From an uncultured Chloroflexia bacterium (GTDB lineage Bacteria > Chloroflexota > UBA6077 > JACCZL01): a stretch of 64,000 nt of DNA. This document shows, in pieces, positions 58,980 to 64,000 of this stretch; positions within the stretch are counted from its first letter, which is position 1, and every line of letters begins with the position of its first letter. The stretch is from assembly GCA_963765765.1 (NCBI GenBank), contig CAVXYC010000002.1, positions 1-64,000 on the forward strand. Reading direction: 5' to 3'. A program made the position numbers and the translations under genes. The notes beneath the pieces are model-generated. The model had not been told where the DNA came from and searched no databases. It saw nothing but the letters and a program-made list of their open reading frames with translations.

Positions 58980-59178
58980 CCGGTGCCATGATCCGAGGGG
59001 CCAATGACTTCGCCAGGCCGACGAGTGGAACCCCGGTGGCCAGTATGGCGGACCTGCGACGCGGAATCAAAGGTCCTGACTCGTTGAATTTGGATTGGTC
59101 ATGCCGACAGGGATCATTGACAACCTCGACGCCTTGCTCTGATCCAGAGCAAGGCGTCGAGGTGGCGGGTAGTCGGTA

Positions 59179-59595
59179 CTAGGAGACGTCCCAATCCACG
59201 CCTCGCGTGTTGGCGCCCTTGACCGATGTGATCTCCACGTCCAGGATTCGGCGGCCATTGCGATCGTTGCTGTAGTCACGGTCCAGATAACGGTGGGAAA
59301 GTGAGTTGATGTGGTCGCCGCCGGGATCGTCCTGGGCCTTCACCACGTTTCCGTAGACCTGCGCCCAGCGCCACATGTTGTTTGGGTCGATGACCATAAA
59401 CGTCGCGCGGCCCGAGCTCTCCATACGATTCAGCCATTTGCGTGTGGCAGTGCCATTAAGGCGGATCTTGCCCTCGGCGTACTCGTACCAGATGGGCGTC
59501 ATTTCCGGCTGACCACCATCGCTGATGGTGGTGATAATCGCGGGAAGCTTCTCGCTGAAGAACTTCTGCAGCTCGGGGCCGATCGTTTTTCCCAT
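59179..59595 (-). CDS. PPOX-class (F420-dependent) oxidoreductase
   Basis: AAGGAG then ATG 59595; DGGQPEMTPIWY, DPNNMWRW, HINSLSHRYL. Confidence 0.8.
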   Translation of the reverse strand: MGKTIGPELQKFFSEKLPAIITTISDGGQPEMTPIWYEYAEGKIRLNGTATRKWLNRMESSGRATFMVIDPNNMWRWAQVYGNVVKAQDDPGGDHINSLSHRYLDRDYSNDRNGRRILDVEITSVKGANTRGVDWDVS

Positions 59596-59741
59596 GGTTG
59601 ATAATCTCTCCTTCGAGTCGCTTCTAGTCATGCGGGTTGAGTTGGAGTAACCATGTGTCTGGAGCGTCCGCAATGTCAACCGTCGCAAGAAACTCGGAAG
59701 CGCCGGCCGAACACGGCTCCCACGACTCCCCTGAGGCACCG

Positions 59742-59845
59742 AATCCTGACCGTAACCCCCTGCTTCCAGCGCGGTGAGTCATAGTGTTGCTGTTCAAACC
59801 GTGGCCTGAGCGACGGGCTGGATGCCCGGGGCTACGGTCAGGATT
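59742..59845. repeat. REP-like doublet (family F-related)
   Basis: AATCCTGACCGTAACCCC ... GGGGCTACGGTCAGGATT. Confidence 0.7.
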
Positions 59846-59898
59846 GGAGTGACCGAACTGTCCTCGGGGAAGGCTACCCAGAACAGCTCGGCCGACGG

Positions 59899-60630
59899 CT
59901 ACTGTTTCGGGCCGAGCAGATCTTTAATGACCCCGGCGAGATCCCGCGTGGCCGTTTTGCCATCGCCACGAAATGACGACCCATGCATAACGGCAATAGT
60001 CCTCGGATTCAAGTCGGCAAGGCGGTGAAGGGTAGCGTCCGTGTAGGGCGTGTAGGGCATGTCGTTAGCCAGGGGACTGGCGGACATGGAGACGATCGAT
60101 TCACGACAGCGGCCGACGATGTCGGACTCGGTCAAGGGCTCAGGGTCTCCGGGGGTGAAGAAGAGATCCGAGCTGAAGAGCGTCCGCTCCGTCTCGTCAA
60201 AGTAGAGTCCAGCGTCCCAACAGTGTGGAACGTGCGGTGTGGCAAGAAAGCGTAAGCGATGCTTACCGGTCTCGATGATTTCATCATCGGCCAGCGCCCG
60301 CGCCGGTCTATTTGCAAAGTCGCCCAGCATCACCATGGCTCCAACTACGCCCGCGACCGCCTGCGCGTTGGGCGCGACATCCAGCCACTCGTTGAGCGCG
60401 CCGCATTCGTCTGGCTCAAAGTGGCTATAGCCGATCCAGCGTAGGGTCGTTGGATCAATGACCGTGCGCACGGCTTCGAGGGTGATGGGAAACATGCGCC
60501 GCATGCCCGTGTGCATGATGAACGGCTCGTCGTCCTTCACGAGAAACTGATTGATCTGGATGCCCGGTGGGTCGGCGAACGTGGAGATCCGATACGTGTC
60601 CGACGCGATCTCGGTGATAGTGCTGTCCAT
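59899..60630 (-). CDS. Metallo-beta-lactamase-fold protein (FprA/ODP-like)
   Basis: [29 protein letters not shown]. Confidence 0.85.
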   Translation of the reverse strand: MDSTITEIASDTYRISTFADPPGIQINQFLVKDDEPFIMHTGMRRMFPITLEAVRTVIDPTTLRWIGYSHFEPDECGALNEWLDVAPNAQAVAGVVGAMVMLGDFANRPARALADDEIIETGKHRLRFLATPHVPHCWDAGLYFDETERTLFSSDLFFTPGDPEPLTESDIVGRCRESIVSMSASPLANDMPYTPYTDATLHRLADLNPRTIAVMHGSSFRGDGKTATRDLAGVIKDLLGPKQ

Positions 60631-60747
60631 GAGGGAGGCTCCCAGTCCAGAATTCGGATCAGATCATAGTACCCGCAAACCAGAAGGCATGCGTTCCTGC
60701 TCTGGCTGCACTATGCTCTACCAATCGCTTTCTGGAGGCTTATAAAG

Positions 60748-61730
60748 GTGGCAAAGGATTTCTCGATCATCGTGGGCACCCTGGGTATGGGCCTCTGGCA
60801 GAGTCCGGACGGCGGACAGTCCTGGGCACGCGGCAAGCTCTGGCACGGATATCAGGGCGGTCGCTCAACATTTGGTCTCGCCGTACATCCCAGCGACTCG
60901 CGCGTCATCTTCGCGGGAACAGATGAGGGACTCTATCGCAGCGAAGACCGCGGAAAGAATTTCGAGCACATCAGCAGTGCCATGGATGAGCTCAAGGTCT
61001 GGCGCATCGCAATCGATCCCACGGACCCTTCCATCATGTTCGCGGGCACCGCGCCGGCACGTGTCTTCCGCTCGCGCGATGGTGGACTCCACTGGGACGC
61101 GCTTGATGTTCCCTTTTCGGACGATTGTTTCAATGTGAACGTGCCGCGCGTGTTGGGGCTGGAGGTGGATCCGACCGATCACCGAATCGTCTGGGCCGGC
61201 GTGGAGGTGGGCGGCATGTGTCGTAGCCGCGACGGCGGCGACACCTGGACCCGCATATCCGGTGGTGTCATGGATGAGCTGGATGTCCACGACATCACCG
61301 TGGTGCCTGGTAGGCCGGCTGCGGCGATCGTCACGCTTCCCAACGACCTGACGCTCACTGAGGATGGCGGGGAGCACTGGCGCGCCATGGGCGCGGGACC
61401 GCGCTTTCCGCTTCCCTATTGCCGCAGCGTTGTCTTCAAGGAGGGGGATCCAAGCGTCATGTTCGCGGCGGTTGGCGATGATGCCCTGGGTTGCCTTGGG
61501 ACCATCCAACGGTCGCGCGATGGCGGAGAACCTGGGAGACGCCTCTGCTGCCGCTGGCGCCGAATACTCACATGGAGTGTTTCGCCACGCATCCATCGAA
61601 CCCGGATCTCATTCTGGGATGCAGCCACTACGGCCAACTGTTTGGCAGCTCGGACGGTGGTGACTGGTGGATCAAGTTTCCGAAGGAGTTCACCGAAGTG
61701 CGGGGCGCGCTGGCCTGGACGCCCAACTAG
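60748..61730 (+). CDS. BNR/Asp-box beta-propeller protein, frameshift near 61530
   Basis: Repeated SxDGGxxW boxes (SPDGGQSW, SRDGGLHW, SRDGGDTW, TEDGGEHW, SSDGGDWW). Confidence 0.85.
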
Positions 61731-61889
61731 AGACGGCGAACGAAGGACGGCGGACGAGAGACAAACGAGCCACGGGCGGTTGGCGACAGGCGAACGACAA
61801 ACGAGCCACGACAGCCAGCGACGAGCAAGCGACAAACGAAAGACGACGGACGGCCACTATTCAGCCGTCCGTCGTCTTTCGTTTGTTGC
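61731..61889. repeat. Degenerate heptamer array ending in a 26-bp hairpin
   Basis: GCGACAAACGAAAGACGACGGACGGC-CACTATTCA-GCCGTCCGTCGTCTTTCGTTTGTTGC; units GACAAAC/GAAAGAC/GACGGAC. Confidence 0.8.
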
Positions 61890-61891
61890 CT

Positions 61892-63111
61892 CTAGTTCAT
61901 TGGGCGCTCGCTCTCGAGCTTCTTGAGGAACTCCTGGGTGTCGCCCGTTTTTGAGAGCCACTCTTCATTTGTGGGATCGACAGTTCGCCGGTGCCGGGCG
62001 CCGTAGCCGGATCCACGGCTTCAACATCAGCCGGGCGCTATCTGATTGGCGCTCTTCTCCAGATCCCTGACCTTCCTTAGTAAGAAGCCAGTTGATGAAG
62101 AGCTTGCCAGCCTTCGGGTGGGGCGCGTTGTTGTAGATGGCCGTCACCTCCCCGCCACCGTAGGCAAAGAAGTCCAGCTTCTTGACATGATCCGCCAGTC
62201 CTTCCTTTACGAAATCGGCCATGATGATCGGATGGAGTCCGAACCCAATGGGCACGACGCCCCGAATCAGCGTTTCCACGGACTGGCGCCGATCGCGCAC
62301 AATCTGCGGCTCCTGTTCCACGAATAGTTTGTGGAGAAATTCCTCGCCTTCTCCTCCCGTAGAATCGTGCTCGGTGTGTACACGTAGCCCTGCACCAGCG
62401 AGCTTGTTACGATCTTGCCCTTCCACTTTGGATCGAGGAGATCATCAACGCTCTTGATCTCGTCCTCACCCACCAAGTTGGTATTGATGTAAATGGGCCG
62501 GGTAACGGAAACGCCGAGCGAAACACATGGTCTTTGATGTCTGCCCAGCACCCGTCAAGCCCCTGGTGCCAGACCTTGTCGTCCAGGATATCAGGGTGCA
62601 TCAGCAAGGTTTAACGGGGTCAATGATGCCCTGCGGCTTGAGCACCTGGAGGAGCGGGGTCACGGTGGAAGCGATCACGTCAATGGAATAAATCCCTGCC
62701 TGGCGCTCGTTGGCGATCTTCGGTAGGTACGTGGCTGAGTCCGGGAAGGGCGAATGCTCCGGCCTCGATACCAGGGAACGCCTTGCCGAACTCATCCACG
62801 GACTCACGGTAGCCCGCGCCCGCTGGCGTCTGAACGACGACCCGACCTCTTTCTTGGCGGCTTCAACGAGAGCATCCCATTCCGCCTGGAAGTCTGACTT
62901 TGCAGCGGGTGCCGCGGCCCCCGTCTTGGGCGCCGCTGGAGCGGTTGTCGGGGGGGCTGCTGCCGGGGCTGTCGTCGGTTTGGCTGGCGCGGCCGTTGGT
63001 TGAGCCGGCGCTGCCGAGCTGCAGGCGGCCACCAGCAAGCCCGTGGAGGCTCCTTCACGTCGATAGAGGCGCGGCGCCGTCAGCAGCTCGTTTGCTACAC
63101 GGCGCCCCATC
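61892..63111 (-). CDS. ABC substrate-binding lipoprotein (AfuA-like), many frameshifts
   Basis: VAAC lipobox, WDALVEAAKKE, DLLDPKWKGKI, APHPKAGKLFINWLLTKEGQ in successive frames. Confidence 0.75.
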
Positions 63112-63142
63112 ATTCCAAGGCCCATTCCAAGGCCTGGATGGA

Positions 63143-64000
63143 TCAGACGAGCGTCTTCAGGAACTCCTGCGTCTCAGTGATCTTCGGGATAGCTCCTTCA
63201 TTGGGTGGCATCGGCCCAGTCCACTTTCCCGGAGCAATCTCGGGATTGATCACTGGAACGTCTAATCGTGCACTGTTGATCTTAAGCGCTTTGACCAGAT
63301 AGTCTGGCCCTCCTTGGTGAGTAGCCAGTTGGCGAAGAGCTTCCCGGCGTTGGGATGCGGCGCCTTGTTAAAGAGGACCAGAATCTCACCACCCGAGGTT
63401 CCGCCGCCGGGAATGTAGAGTGGCTTGATATGGTTCGCGAGTCCATCGTCCTATGAACTCGTTCAACACCAATGGATGGATGCCGAAGCCGATCCAGGCG
63501 CCACCGCGCACCAGCGTCTCAACGCTCTGGCGGCGGTCGCGGATGATCTGCGGCTCCTGGCCGACAAACAGCTTCGCAGCCAATCTTCCCCTTGGTTGCG
63601 CGCAAGATCGTCGACGGCGTGTAGCACATAGCCTTGCTGGAGGTCGCTGCTGACAATCTTGCCGCCCTTCCATTTCGGGTCCAGCAGATCATCAATATCC
63701 TTGATCTCGTCCTCTTTGACCAGGTTGGTATTGATATACACGGATGGGTTTGCTGAGAACTGGTGTTTGAAGACCATGTTTTGAGCGGTATCAGCCCAGC
63801 GACCCTCAAGACCCTTGTACCAGGCTTTATCATCCAGCGCTTCCGGATGGACGATCTCCGGCTTGAGCGGCTCGTAGGTGCCCTCACCTTTGAGAATCTG
63901 CAGCACTGGCACGACCGTGGTGGAGGCCACGTCGAACGTGAAGACGCCGGCCTTGCGCTCATTCTGGATTTTCGGCACGTAGGTGGCGCCGTCGGGGAAC
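63143..64000 (-). CDS. Tandem paralog ABC substrate-binding protein, partial, frameshifted
   Basis: PKIQNERKAG, INTNLVKEDEI..DDLLDPKWKG, APHPNAGKLFANWLL. Confidence 0.75.

Noticed and set aside
63107-63134. Short direct repeat CCATTCCAAGGC-like x2 between SBP paralogs
   Set aside because: Only two units in an error-rich region; no function can be supported
9184-64000. Frameshifts in about 15 genes as programmed frameshifting, phase variation or mass pseudogenisation
   Set aside because: Mostly single-base indels, often in short homopolymers, in otherwise intact unrelated genes; best explained as long-read consensus error. Only the PPTase and PIN remnants also show catalytic substitutions.

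Overview
GC-rich bacterial chromosomal segment, most consistent with Chloroflexota or another Terrabacterium (GAAC-N4-GTTC LexA box, c-di-AMP riboswitch, F420-type PPOX proteins, zwf-opcA, Ala/Pro-linker lipoprotein SBPs). Many genes are split by single-base indels, typical of an unpolished long-read assembly. Housekeeping genes: ruvCAB with SOS box, tyrS, zwf-opcA, pncA, a PHP histidinol-phosphatase and aminotransferases. Catabolic and transport genes: Rieske phthalate-type dioxygenase with a 4,5-dihydroxyphthalate decarboxylase-like gene, LigB-like and TauD dioxygenases, an acyl-CoA ligase and several ABC binding proteins. Features the ORF track does not show: (1) a four-helix-bundle (23S-IVS-protein family) gene enclosed by inverted arrays of 7-bp repeats, placed between the SBP stop codon and the permease start codon of a dpp-type operon, plus a gene-less heptamer hairpin at 61.8 kb; (2) back-to-back yybP-ykoY (Mn2+) and c-di-AMP riboswitches, the latter ahead of two tiny unknown ORFs; (3) a DsbA/FrnE-like selenoprotein candidate (UPYC plus a SECIS-like hairpin); (4) a 2.2-kb tandem duplication with patchy, mostly synonymous divergence; (5) an IS701 element, an AT-rich vanZ-like insert and about 15 REP-like inverted doublets from several families. 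No rRNA, tRNA or CRISPR array was recognised. Family assignments come from motif recognition by eye, not database searches.
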